A stretch of 27,997 bases of DNA from Gemmatimonadota bacterium. Lineage in GTDB: Bacteria; Latescibacterota; UBA2968; UBA8231. Where the stretch lies: contig JAYOYH010000021.1 of the NCBI GenBank assembly GCA_038153405.1, positions 45,913 through 73,909 of the forward strand, written 5' to 3'. The position numbers and the translations under genes are program-made. This document shows, one piece after another, positions 8,081 through 16,122 of this stretch (position 1 is its first letter; every line of letters starts with the position of its first letter). The notes under the pieces were generated by a model. That model made no database searches and was not told where the DNA came from. It saw only the letters and a list, made by a program, of their open reading frames with translations.

Positions 8081-9076
8081 TCAAAAGCGAGTGTGTTCGT
8101 ATTCGACAAAGGGCGTTGTGACGCCTAGCTCGTCGGCGAGATCCTGCAGGCTCTGCTGGTGTTCCGCCGAGACGGGAATGCCGTCGCGCGCGTACTCGCG
8201 CTCGCGCTGCCACTCAAGTCCACCGGGCAGTTCGGCCCGTTCAAAGCCGGGAAAGGGGCGCATGGCGCGTGCCTCGCCGATAAATCGATCCATTTCGCGC
8301 TTAAACTGATCGACCGGCATAAAGCATTTAACGTCGTATACGGCGATAAAAGATCCCTGATTCGACTCCCATTTGGACTGCGGTGGTATAAACTGCGGCA
8401 GGTAAATGCCGGCCAGCATGCCGCCAAAGGCGCGGTTCATGGCGCCGATGCCCAACTCCTTAAAAAAGGCGAAGGGCATGCGTTCGAAGAGCGCTTCGTC
8501 CCAGGGCAGCATCGATGCGCCCATATCGACGACTAGCGGCGGCTGTTGGCCCGAGGGAAAGGCCACGCTGATGGGTGAGGTGACGTTGACGCTCTTGATA
8601 ATGGCATCCGGATTTAGCGGCGAACGATGCGAAGACACGGCCATGGCAAAGCAGTCCTGCGCGATGGCCATACGCGTGTATTTGCCCGCGCCGCCAAAGT
8701 GAAAGTGGTTGCGCGTAGTGACGGCCGCCGTGCCGTATTCTTTGGCCTTTTCTATGGCCCACTGCGTGCCCTGATAGCAGGGCCAATGACCCATGCCGCC
8801 GTCCCCGTCGTAGACCCGCGTGGTTGGGGTTTCGCTCACGACGGTTATGTTGGGCTGCGGGTTGACTCGCCCCTGGCGCATCATGCCGACGTAGCCCGGC
8901 GTCTGGCGCGTGCCGTGGCTGTGCACGCCGCGCAGGTCCGTTAGCACGAGCAGCTCGGCCATCAAACGCGCGTGTTCTGGAGAAGTCTCCGCCTTTTCAA
9001 AAAGTGCAGCGACCAACTGGCGCAGCGGCTCTGGGGGCACGCGGATGCCCGTATTGGGAGGTACGTTTGAACCCAC
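8081..9076 (-). CDS. Ldh_2 family (malate/L-lactate/ureidoglycolate/sulfolactate dehydrogenase-like) oxidoreductase
   Basis: GTG start with AAGGAG RBS. Motifs DLRGVHSHG, DGDGGMGH, AKEYG.AAV..RNHFHFG, VVDM, LPGGLE. Confidence 0.88.
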   Translation of the reverse strand: MGSNVPPNTGIRVPPEPLRQLVAALFEKAETSPEHARLMAELLVLTDLRGVHSHGTRQTPGYVGMMRQGRVNPQPNITVVSETPTTRVYDGDGGMGHWPCYQGTQWAIEKAKEYGTAAVTTRNHFHFGGAGKYTRMAIAQDCFAMAVSSHRSPLNPDAIIKSVNVTSPISVAFPSGQQPPLVVDMGASMLPWDEALFERMPFAFFKELGIGAMNRAFGGMLAGIYLPQFIPPQSKWESNQGSFIAVYDVKCFMPVDQFKREMDRFIGEARAMRPFPGFERAELPGGLEWQREREYARDGIPVSAEHQQSLQDLADELGVTTPFVEYEHTRF

Positions 9077-9108
9077 AGTAGCTCTCCTTGTAAGAAAGAT
9101 CAGCGCGC

Positions 9109-9138
9109 TAAATACGGTTGCCCCACAGCGGCTGTCAA
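9109..9138 (-). promoter_or_regulatory. Putative sigma70 promoter for the Ldh_2 / 2-hydroxyacid dehydrogenase operon
   Basis: Minus strand TTGACA (9138-9133), 18-bp spacer, TATTTA (9114-9109), about 30 bp upstream of the GTG start. Confidence 0.5.
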
Positions 9139-9233
9139 GTAAGGCAGGATTGCCTAGATGTCGCCAATTTATTTGCTTTTAATCGTTTGTTCATCTTTCG
9201 CTGGAAGCATCTACTACTTCGAGAGAACACTCC

Positions 9234-10454
9234 ATGGCCTACGACCTACTTTTGCGCGGCGCGCGCGTGCTCGATCCGGCGCAGAATATAGATGGCGTAT
9301 TCGACGTGGCCGTGCGCGACGGCCGCATTGCCGCCGTTGCCGAACGCATAGCGGAAGAGGGACATCGCCAGATCGACCTCAGCGGCAAATTGCTGACGCC
9401 GGGCTGGATCGATATACACGCCCATCTGTATCCGGGCAGCACGACCTGGGGTATCCGCGCCGATGCGCTCTACCTGTCGACGGGCGTGACCACCGCCGTC
9501 GATGCCGGCAGCGCCGGATGGGCTAACCTACAGGGCTACCTAGATTACGTCGTGGCTCCGGCGCGCACGCAGTTTTTGTCTTTTGTGCACGTGTGTGGGA
9601 TCGGACTGACCTACGGCCCGCTGCCCGAACTGGCCGATATGCGCTACGCCGATGCCGAGCGCACGGCCTTTGTCATTGAGCACTTTGCCGAGCACTGTGT
9701 AGGGGTCAAAGTGCGCCAGGGCGAGGCACAGGTGGCCGACAACGGCGTCGAGCCGCTGCGCTTGGCCGTGCAGGCGGCCGAGTGGGCCGGCGTGCCAGTC
9801 ATGGTGCACATCGGTCGCGGCGTGCCGCTGCCCGACGTGCTCGCGCACATGCGTCCGCGCGACATCGTCACTCACTGTTACCAGGGCACCGGCGACGGCA
9901 TTGTCGGCGAGGACGAGACTATTCTCGCCGAAGTGCTGCAGGCGCGGCGGGACGGCATTCTATTCGACGTCGGTCACGGTGGCGGCAGCTTTGATTACGG
10001 AATCGCCATCAGCGCGTTGGGACAGGGCTTTGTCTCCGACGTCATCAGCACCGATCTGCATGCCCACAGTTGGGATGTGCCGGTCGAAAGTCTACCGCAT
10101 ACCGCCTCCAAGTTGCTCAATCTCGGCGTGCCGCTAGAGAGCATCGTGCGCCAGTGCACGGCCAATGCTGCTTTTTCCATTGGGCGCGAGGGTGAATTGG
10201 GCACGCTTAAAGTGGGCAGCGTCGCCGACATGGCGGCCTTTGAAGTGGTGGAAGGCGCATTTGAATACTGCGACGTGCGGGGTCGCGTAGAAAAGGGCAC
10301 ACAGCGCATAGAGGCGCGGCTCTGCATCCGTGCGGGCACGCCCTATAGCCCGGACGAGCTACGCGGCGAGCTAGAAGAGGATCTGGCGCGCGCGCGCTTT
10401 AACAAGGGGCTCAACAGCAAGCGCCTCAAAGAGCTGGGATGGAGCAAGGCGTGA
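9234..10454 (+). CDS. Amidohydrolase-superfamily metallohydrolase (COG3964, dihydroorotase-like deacetylase/lactonase)
   Basis: PGWIDIHAH (HxH), GVTTAVDAGSAG, GVKVR (carboxylated Lys position), VMVH, THCY, FDVGHGGGSF, ISTDLH, G.L.VG..AD. Confidence 0.88.
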   Translation: MAYDLLLRGARVLDPAQNIDGVFDVAVRDGRIAAVAERIAEEGHRQIDLSGKLLTPGWIDIHAHLYPGSTTWGIRADALYLSTGVTTAVDAGSAGWANLQGYLDYVVAPARTQFLSFVHVCGIGLTYGPLPELADMRYADAERTAFVIEHFAEHCVGVKVRQGEAQVADNGVEPLRLAVQAAEWAGVPVMVHIGRGVPLPDVLAHMRPRDIVTHCYQGTGDGIVGEDETILAEVLQARRDGILFDVGHGGGSFDYGIAISALGQGFVSDVISTDLHAHSWDVPVESLPHTASKLLNLGVPLESIVRQCTANAAFSIGREGELGTLKVGSVADMAAFEVVEGAFEYCDVRGRVEKGTQRIEARLCIRAGTPYSPDELRGELEEDLARARFNKGLNSKRLKELGWSKA

Positions 10455-10464
10455 GGCGAGTCGC

Positions 10465-12372
10465 ATGATGGCGCGACTCGATGTGCGCACGCGCCGGTCC
10501 GTGCTAAACGGTCGTATCTGGGGCGCGGCGGGAGCCTATGAACAGGTGGAAGGCAGCGCCTATTTTGCACTGGATCCACAACACCCGCTCAATGCGGCGA
10601 TCGTCGATTTGCCGCGCGCGCCGCGCAATAGCGAAGGCCGAGTTGAGTGCCGCGCCGATTTCTGGATTCTCAAGCCGGTCGATCCGGCTAAGGGCAGCGG
10701 CAATCTGCTCTACTACGTAGTCAACCGCGGCCGCAAGGGGGCGCTGGGCACGTTCAACTTGGCTGCTGGTTCAAATCGACCAGAGACCGCAGACGAGTTT
10801 GGCGACGGGCTGCTGATGGAGTGCGGTTTCACCGTGGCCGCCTGCGCGTGGCAGGCCGACGTACCGCCGTCGGCACCCGATAATCCGCACTTGATGACGC
10901 TCGATGCGCCGGCGTTTGCAGCTCAGGGCCCCGTTAGCTGCGAGATCCTCGTCGATGCGCCGGTGTCGGCTCACTCGTTGGGCAGCCGTTATCATCGACC
11001 CTATGAAGTGGCTCCGGGGTCTGAGTTGGCGGCGCAGCTGACGGTGCGCCACCGCCCCTATGACGAGCCTGACATCATTGATCGCCAGCGCTGGTCTTTC
11101 ACCCGTCTCGACGATGGGCGTCCGGCCATTTACTTTGCGCAGGGCTTCGAGCCAGGTCTCATCTACAATTTGGCGTACACGGCCTGTGATCCCGTCGTAA
11201 TGGGCACGGGGCTGGCGACCACGCGCGATTTTGTTGCGCATTTAAAGGAGAATGACCAGTTTTGCATCGAGCATGCCTACGGCTTTGGTTCTTCGCAGAG
11301 CGGGCGATTCTTGCGCCAGCTGCTCTATGAGGGATTCAACGAGAGCGAAGAGGGGCAGCGGGTATTCGACGGCCTGCAGATCAACGTTGCCGGGGCCGGT
11401 CGCGGTTCGTTTAACCACCGTTTTGCACAGCCTTCGCGCCACGCCAGCGCTCACTTTGATGCCTACTATCCGACGGAGCAGTTTCCCTTTGCCGATGCGC
11501 CCCAGCGCGACGGGCACAGCGGGGCCGAAGGTGGTCTACTCGATCGCGCTGTTAATCGCGGCGTCGCCCCCAAGATTTTCCACGTAAATTCGTCGACCGA
11601 GTACTGGAACCGCGGCGCGGCGCTGGCACACGTCGACGTCGACGGGCAGCGCGATCTGGAAGTGCCGGCCAATGTGCGGATCTACCACTTTGCCAGCACG
11701 CAGCACGGAGCGGATGAACTGCCCGACGGCACTCATGCGCTGCCCGGCAACCCCGTCCAATTCAAGTTTGGGCACCGCGCGCTGTTGCTGGCGCTCGACG
11801 CTTGGGTGCGCGAGGGCCGGGAGCCGCCGCCGAGCTGTTATCCGACACTGGCCGATGGTTCGCTCGTCGCTGCTGACTCCGACGAATTTGCCTTTCCGGC
11901 GCTGTCGGAATTGAGTCGACCCACGGCGCCGCGAGTCGTACGTCGACTCGACTTTGGTCCGCGCTGGGCAGAGGGTATCAGCGATTGGTCCGTGCCCGCG
12001 CTGGGGCCACCGTATCCGACGCTGGTGCCGTCGGTGGATGCAGATGGCAACGAAGTCGGAGGCATTCGCCTGCCCGAAGTGGCCGTGCCCTTGGGCACCT
12101 TTGTGGGTTGGCGATTTCGGAGCGGGGAAATGGGTGCCGATTGGGCGTTGGTCGGCCTGTCGGGTGCGTGGTTGCCCTTTGCCGCAGTGCAGCCTGCAGA
12201 AGGCGATCCGCGCCCCGCCATTGCCGCGCGCTATGCGAGCATGGACGACTACCAGACGCGCTGTGCGCAGGCGGCCCGAGCGCTCGTAGCGCAGGGTTAT
12301 TTGCTGGAACGCGACGTCGAGCGCGTGGAGCAGCGCGCGCATCGCATGTATGAATGGGCCATACGACGCTAA
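10465..12372 (+). CDS. Large alpha/beta-hydrolase domain protein (Abhydrolase_10 / tannase-related, uncharacterised)
   Basis: Nucleophile-elbow-like GSSQSG. Conserved blocks VVNRGRK, GWQ/AWQAD, RVFDG, NHRFAQP, NSSTEYW, ASTQH, DADGNEVGGIRLPEVAVPLGT. No signal peptide. Confidence 0.75.
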   Translation: MMARLDVRTRRSVLNGRIWGAAGAYEQVEGSAYFALDPQHPLNAAIVDLPRAPRNSEGRVECRADFWILKPVDPAKGSGNLLYYVVNRGRKGALGTFNLAAGSNRPETADEFGDGLLMECGFTVAACAWQADVPPSAPDNPHLMTLDAPAFAAQGPVSCEILVDAPVSAHSLGSRYHRPYEVAPGSELAAQLTVRHRPYDEPDIIDRQRWSFTRLDDGRPAIYFAQGFEPGLIYNLAYTACDPVVMGTGLATTRDFVAHLKENDQFCIEHAYGFGSSQSGRFLRQLLYEGFNESEEGQRVFDGLQINVAGAGRGSFNHRFAQPSRHASAHFDAYYPTEQFPFADAPQRDGHSGAEGGLLDRAVNRGVAPKIFHVNSSTEYWNRGAALAHVDVDGQRDLEVPANVRIYHFASTQHGADELPDGTHALPGNPVQFKFGHRALLLALDAWVREGREPPPSCYPTLADGSLVAADSDEFAFPALSELSRPTAPRVVRRLDFGPRWAEGISDWSVPALGPPYPTLVPSVDADGNEVGGIRLPEVAVPLGTFVGWRFRSGEMGADWALVGLSGAWLPFAAVQPAEGDPRPAIAARYASMDDYQTRCAQAARALVAQGYLLERDVERVEQRAHRMYEWAIRR

Positions 12373-12426
12373 GAGTTTTTCACTGTCATTAACCGCATTA
12401 CGGACATACGAGAAGAGAGGAACGCA

Positions 12427-13488
12427 GTGCTGCAACACACCGACGACTTACGCATAGAGCAGGTAAAGCCACTCATTCCACCGGCGATCCTGATGGAGGA
12501 ATTGCCCCTTACCGAGGTCGCGTCCTACACGGTGGCCAATGCGCGCCGAGATGCCGAGGCGATCTTGCGCGGAGACGACGACCGCCTCGTGGTGGTAGTG
12601 GGCCCCTGTTCCATTCACGACCCAGAGGCCGCAATTGAATACGGCGATCGCCTGCAAAAAGCTGCGGCCAGCCTGCGCGATGACCTGTGTGTCATCATGC
12701 GCGTCTACTTTGAAAAACCGCGCACTACGGTTGGCTGGAAAGGGATGATTAACGATCCCAACCTCGACGGCAGCTTCAACATCAACAGCGGTTTGCGCGC
12801 CGGTCGCAAGCTGCTGCTCGAGCTCAATAATATGGGCCTGCCGGCCGGTTCGGAGTTCCTCGACACGATTTCGCCCCAGTTTATCGCCGATCTGATCTCG
12901 TGGGGGGCCATCGGTGCGCGCACTACCGAGAGCCAAATCCACCGCGAACTAGCTTCGGGCTTGTCGATGCCCGTCGGCTTTAAAAATGGCACCGATGGCA
13001 CGGTGCAAATTGCCGTCGATGCGATCGGCGCGGCGCGCCATCCGCACCATTTTCTCTCCGTGACCAAGCAGGGTATTTCGGCCATTGTCGCCACGGGCGG
13101 CAACGACTCCTGCCACGTTATTTTGCGCGGCGGCAACAGCGGTCCCAACTACGCGGCGGTCGACGTTGATGCCGTAGCCGCCCAGCTCAAGGGGGCCGGT
13201 TTGGCGCATCGCGTGATGATCGACTGCAGTCACGGCAACAGCAGCAAGGATCACGCGCGCCAGCCCCTCGTTGCCGAGGAGGTAGCCGCCCAGCTGAAGG
13301 CCGGATCCGACCATATTTTTGGCGTTATGTTGGAGAGCCATCTGGTCGAAGGGCGCCAAGACCAAAAGCCCGGGCAGCCGCTGACCTACGGCCAGAGCAT
13401 AACCGATGCCTGCATTTCGTGGGATACTACCGTTGACGTGCTGGACACGCTGGCCAAAGCCGTGCGCGTGCGGCGCGCGCAGAAGTAG
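12427..13488 (+). CDS. aroG: 3-deoxy-D-arabino-heptulosonate 7-phosphate (DAHP) synthase, class I-alpha, probably Phe-sensitive
   Basis: GTG start with GAGAGG RBS. DDLRI..LIPP, GPCSIHD, RVYFEKPRT, EFLD.ISPQ, IGARTTESQ, ELASGLS, HHFLSVTK, DCSHGNS, SITDAC. The AroG-type N-terminal DD and SPQ/SGLS allosteric segments are retained. Confidence 0.95.
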   Translation: MLQHTDDLRIEQVKPLIPPAILMEELPLTEVASYTVANARRDAEAILRGDDDRLVVVVGPCSIHDPEAAIEYGDRLQKAAASLRDDLCVIMRVYFEKPRTTVGWKGMINDPNLDGSFNINSGLRAGRKLLLELNNMGLPAGSEFLDTISPQFIADLISWGAIGARTTESQIHRELASGLSMPVGFKNGTDGTVQIAVDAIGAARHPHHFLSVTKQGISAIVATGGNDSCHVILRGGNSGPNYAAVDVDAVAAQLKGAGLAHRVMIDCSHGNSSKDHARQPLVAEEVAAQLKAGSDHIFGVMLESHLVEGRQDQKPGQPLTYGQSITDACISWDTTVDVLDTLAKAVRVRRAQK

Positions 13489-13577
13489 TGGTCTTGGCTA
13501 CGCGCCCAATGGGCACGGGGCTGGCATGACGTGCCAGAGAGGCCATGTCGAATATAGGCGCAAACCCCATCGCTGGG

Positions 13578-13802
13578 CTGTGGGCCGATGTGGAGATCTT
13601 TGAATTTGAGGATGCGGTGTACAAGAGCCCGCTGCGGCCGGCGCCGTTTCGCTCTACGTAGATGAAATTCTCGTCTATCAGATGCTGGGCATGGTCAATG
13701 CACCCTACTCGCCGGCCTTTGCCGGCCATGAAGATTCCAGCAGGTTATATAGCGGACTACGCCAGCTGGCTGCAGCGCCATCACCCCGACAGACTGCGTT
13801 GA
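13578..13802 (+). pseudogene. Relic of the C-terminus of a DUF4434/DUF5109-like (putative glycoside hydrolase) gene
   Basis: Three consecutive segments separated by two frame changes read LWADVEIFEFEDAVYKSPLRPAPF / YVDEILVYQMLGMVNAPYSPAFAGHEDSSRLY / DYASWLQRHHPDRLR*. Together they match my recollection of DUF4434-protein C-termini, with a helix deleted between PAPF and YVDE. Confidence 0.6.
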
Positions 13803-13815
13803 GATTGGAGCATCC

Positions 13816-14148
13816 ATGAGCTTTGGCATCACCAAGACCATTCCCGCCGACGAGGGCATTGAGCGCGTCGAGAGCCTCTACGATGGCAGCGTAGACGAAT
13901 ACGAGTTCCACATGGCAGGCACGCCGTCTAAGCTCGGCGTGGGCGACTACGTCTACACCATCTTCGAACACAAAATTCGCGGCCGTCTGCAGATTACGCG
14001 CATAGAAGGGGGTGCGGTCAATCCCAAGTCGGGCAAGCCGCGCACGCTGGTTTACGTGCGCGCACCGGGCGAACGCCTCGATGAGCCGATCCCGCGCAAA
14101 GGGCACCAGGGGACGCGCTACTACGATGGGGTTGACTGGCCGCGCTAG
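13816..14148 (+). CDS. Small hypothetical protein, probable PUA/ASCH-like fold
   Basis: GGAG RBS, ATG, host-like codon usage. Pattern ITKTIP...F...P..LGVGDYVY...IRGRLQI...PIPRKGHQGTRY resembles ASCH/EVE-like 'GD.vy' and C-terminal 'PiP.kG.qG' signatures. Confidence 0.75.
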   Translation: MSFGITKTIPADEGIERVESLYDGSVDEYEFHMAGTPSKLGVGDYVYTIFEHKIRGRLQITRIEGGAVNPKSGKPRTLVYVRAPGERLDEPIPRKGHQGTRYYDGVDWPR

Positions 14149-14162
14149 GCGAGAGCGCTTAT

Positions 14163-14190
14163 CGCGCCCCGACGGGCGCGCGTCGTTTCT
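14163..14190 (+). terminator. GC-rich hairpin after the small ORF, weak terminator or processing stem
   Basis: CGCGCCC-CGAC-GGGCGCG followed by CGTCGTTTCT, which is a poor U-tract. Confidence 0.35.
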
Positions 14191-14217
14191 ACCCATTTAG
14201 CTAGCGGAAGGTGCCCT

Positions 14218-14958
14218 ATGCAACTGAGCTCTGCAGCATACGAACACTACTGGCAAAAGGGTTGGTGCGTGGTAGAAGGTGTGTTTGCCGTAGAAGTGTG
14301 CGATGCTATAGCTGCGTTGGCCATGGACATCAGCCAGCGCGAAATGGCGGCCGACACCAGCTATATAGCCGATCGTTCGGACGATGGAAGTCAGGTCCTA
14401 CCGCGCAAAGTATCGGGACCCTTTGTCAAGCACGAGGCCTTTCGCCGCTTCGCCCTGGACGCGCGCCTGCGCGCATTAGTGGGGCAACTACTCGGAGACG
14501 AAGCCCTGCTGGCCACCGACCAAGTGTTTATGAAGCCGCCGCATTTTGGCTCGGCCAAACCCTACCACCAGGATAACGCCTACTTTCTGTGCACGCCCGG
14601 CGACGGCGTGCTCACAGCGTGGATCGCCCTGGACGACGTCGATGCCGACAACGGCTGTATGCGCTATATCGACGGTTCGCACAGAGAGCCCATTTTGCCG
14701 CATAGTGCAGATCCCGATGAGCCGTACAACAAGGTGCCCCCGCGCGCGCTGATCGACCTAGACCGCGAGTCGCTGGCTCCGGTCAAAAAGGGCGGAGTTG
14801 TATTTCACCATTCCCAGTGCCTGCACACTTCGCACCGAAACGAATCGGCGCGCTGGCGGCGTGCCTATGCCACGCATTGGGCGACCGGTCAGGTGCGCGC
14901 CGAAAGCGGCGTCATTGCCAATGCCTACTTTCAACGTCCGGACTACGCCACTCCTTGA
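14218..14958 (+). CDS. Phytanoyl-CoA dioxygenase (PhyH) family Fe(II)/2-oxoglutarate dioxygenase
   Basis: FMKPP, facial triad YHQD...LHTS, WIALDD...NGCMRYIDGSH, distal Arg (WRRAY). Confidence 0.92.
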   Translation: MQLSSAAYEHYWQKGWCVVEGVFAVEVCDAIAALAMDISQREMAADTSYIADRSDDGSQVLPRKVSGPFVKHEAFRRFALDARLRALVGQLLGDEALLATDQVFMKPPHFGSAKPYHQDNAYFLCTPGDGVLTAWIALDDVDADNGCMRYIDGSHREPILPHSADPDEPYNKVPPRALIDLDRESLAPVKKGGVVFHHSQCLHTSHRNESARWRRAYATHWATGQVRAESGVIANAYFQRPDYATP

Positions 14959-16121
14959 GAGACATCGCCTTTCTCTTCCTGTGTGAGGCCTTCTCGCGCA
15001 CGGGCAGCATTGTGGTCTTGTCCAGCATGGCGCTGGTGGGCCGCGAGCTGGCTCCGCACGCGGCGCTGGCCACGCTGCCGCTGGCGCTGGCTCCCGTCAG
15101 CACGATGCTGACTACGATTCCAGCGGCGCGCCTTATGCAGCGGCGCGGGCGCAAAATCGGCTTTGCCCTAGGTGCCGGCTTGGGCATTTTGGGTGGCTTA
15201 GTGGGCTGTGCGGCTCTTTTCAATCAGCACTTTGTGCTGCTTTGCTTGGGCGCTGTCGGCATTGGTTCGGTCAACGGTTTTTCCACCTACTATCGCTTTG
15301 CCGCTGCCGAGGTGGTTGATGAGGCGTGGCGCAGTCGCGCCATTTCGCTGGTTATGGCAGGTGGCATTGTCGCTGCCGTAGCCGGCTCAAATCTGGCGAC
15401 GTGGTCGAGGAGTCTTTTTCCGGACTATCTGTTTGCCGGCTCCTACTTGGCCATTGCCGGCATTCAACTGCTGGTGCTGTGCGCGCTGTTCTTCGTGCGC
15501 TTTCCATCGCCATCGGTAGCGGAAACTGGGGAAGGGGGACGCTCCCTAAAAGAAATCGCCCGCGACGCCCGCTTTGCGCTGGCGCTCATTGGCGCCGTGG
15601 CCAGCTGGGCGGTGATGTCGTTGCTGATGAATGCCACACCGCTTTCTATGCATCGCCACATGCACAGCTTTGACGATACGGCATGGGTTATTCAGTGGCA
15701 CGTCTTGGGCATGTTTGTGCCGTCGTTCTTTACGGGTCACCTCATCAGTCGCTTTGGCGAGCGCCGGATTATGGCGGTGGGCTTGCTGCTGTTGGCGGCT
15801 TCTGCGCTGATCAACCTCGGCGGTGTTGCACTGCACAATTATGTTGTGGGTCTCGCGCTGCTAGGCGTGGGGTGGAATCTACTCTTTGTCGGCTCGACAT
15901 CTCTGCTGGCGACGGTCTATCGCCCTGAAGAAAAAGCGCGCGTGCAGTCGGCCAACGATTTTGTCATTTACGGACTGATGGTGCTGACGACGTTTGGCTC
16001 GGCGCCGTTGGAAGAGGCCGTTGGCTGGGAGGTACTCAATATCCTCGCGCTGCCGCTGCTGGCCTGCGTGAGCTTGGCCATGTGGATGATGCACCGTCGC
16101 GCGCCGGCCGCTGTCGCCTAA
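14955..16121 (+). CDS. MFS transporter (12 TM)
   Basis: Likely TTG start overlapping the PhyH stop (TTGA at 14955-14958). Motifs MQRRGRKIGF, YRFAAAE, RAISLVMAGG, MNATPLSM, VIQWHVLGMFVPSFFTG.LI.RFG, GVGWNLLFVGST, QSANDF. Confidence 0.9.
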   Translation: MRDIAFLFLCEAFSRTGSIVVLSSMALVGRELAPHAALATLPLALAPVSTMLTTIPAARLMQRRGRKIGFALGAGLGILGGLVGCAALFNQHFVLLCLGAVGIGSVNGFSTYYRFAAAEVVDEAWRSRAISLVMAGGIVAAVAGSNLATWSRSLFPDYLFAGSYLAIAGIQLLVLCALFFVRFPSPSVAETGEGGRSLKEIARDARFALALIGAVASWAVMSLLMNATPLSMHRHMHSFDDTAWVIQWHVLGMFVPSFFTGHLISRFGERRIMAVGLLLLAASALINLGGVALHNYVVGLALLGVGWNLLFVGSTSLLATVYRPEEKARVQSANDFVIYGLMVLTTFGSAPLEEAVGWEVLNILALPLLACVSLAMWMMHRRAPAAVA

Positions 16122-16122
16122 T

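Noticed and set aside
9234..10454. Calling the amidohydrolase pyrC (dihydroorotase)
   Set aside because: It lacks the DxHVHxR substrate-binding Arg and matches the COG3964 pattern (DAGSAG, DVGHGGGSF) instead.
11536..12438. 300-aa antisense ORF over the alpha/beta-hydrolase, and similar shadows at 347-979, 20398-21111 and 25617-26231
   Set aside because: They are fully antisense to well-supported genes and have low-information Arg/Ala-rich translations.
13427..13729. 100-aa minus-strand ORF in the aroG downstream gap
   Set aside because: It is antisense to the DUF4434-like relic and overlaps the aroG end; no independent support.
14817..14954. Upstream extension of the MFS ORF
   Set aside because: It lies inside the PhyH gene; the TTGA-coupled start at 14955 gives a normal-length MFS.
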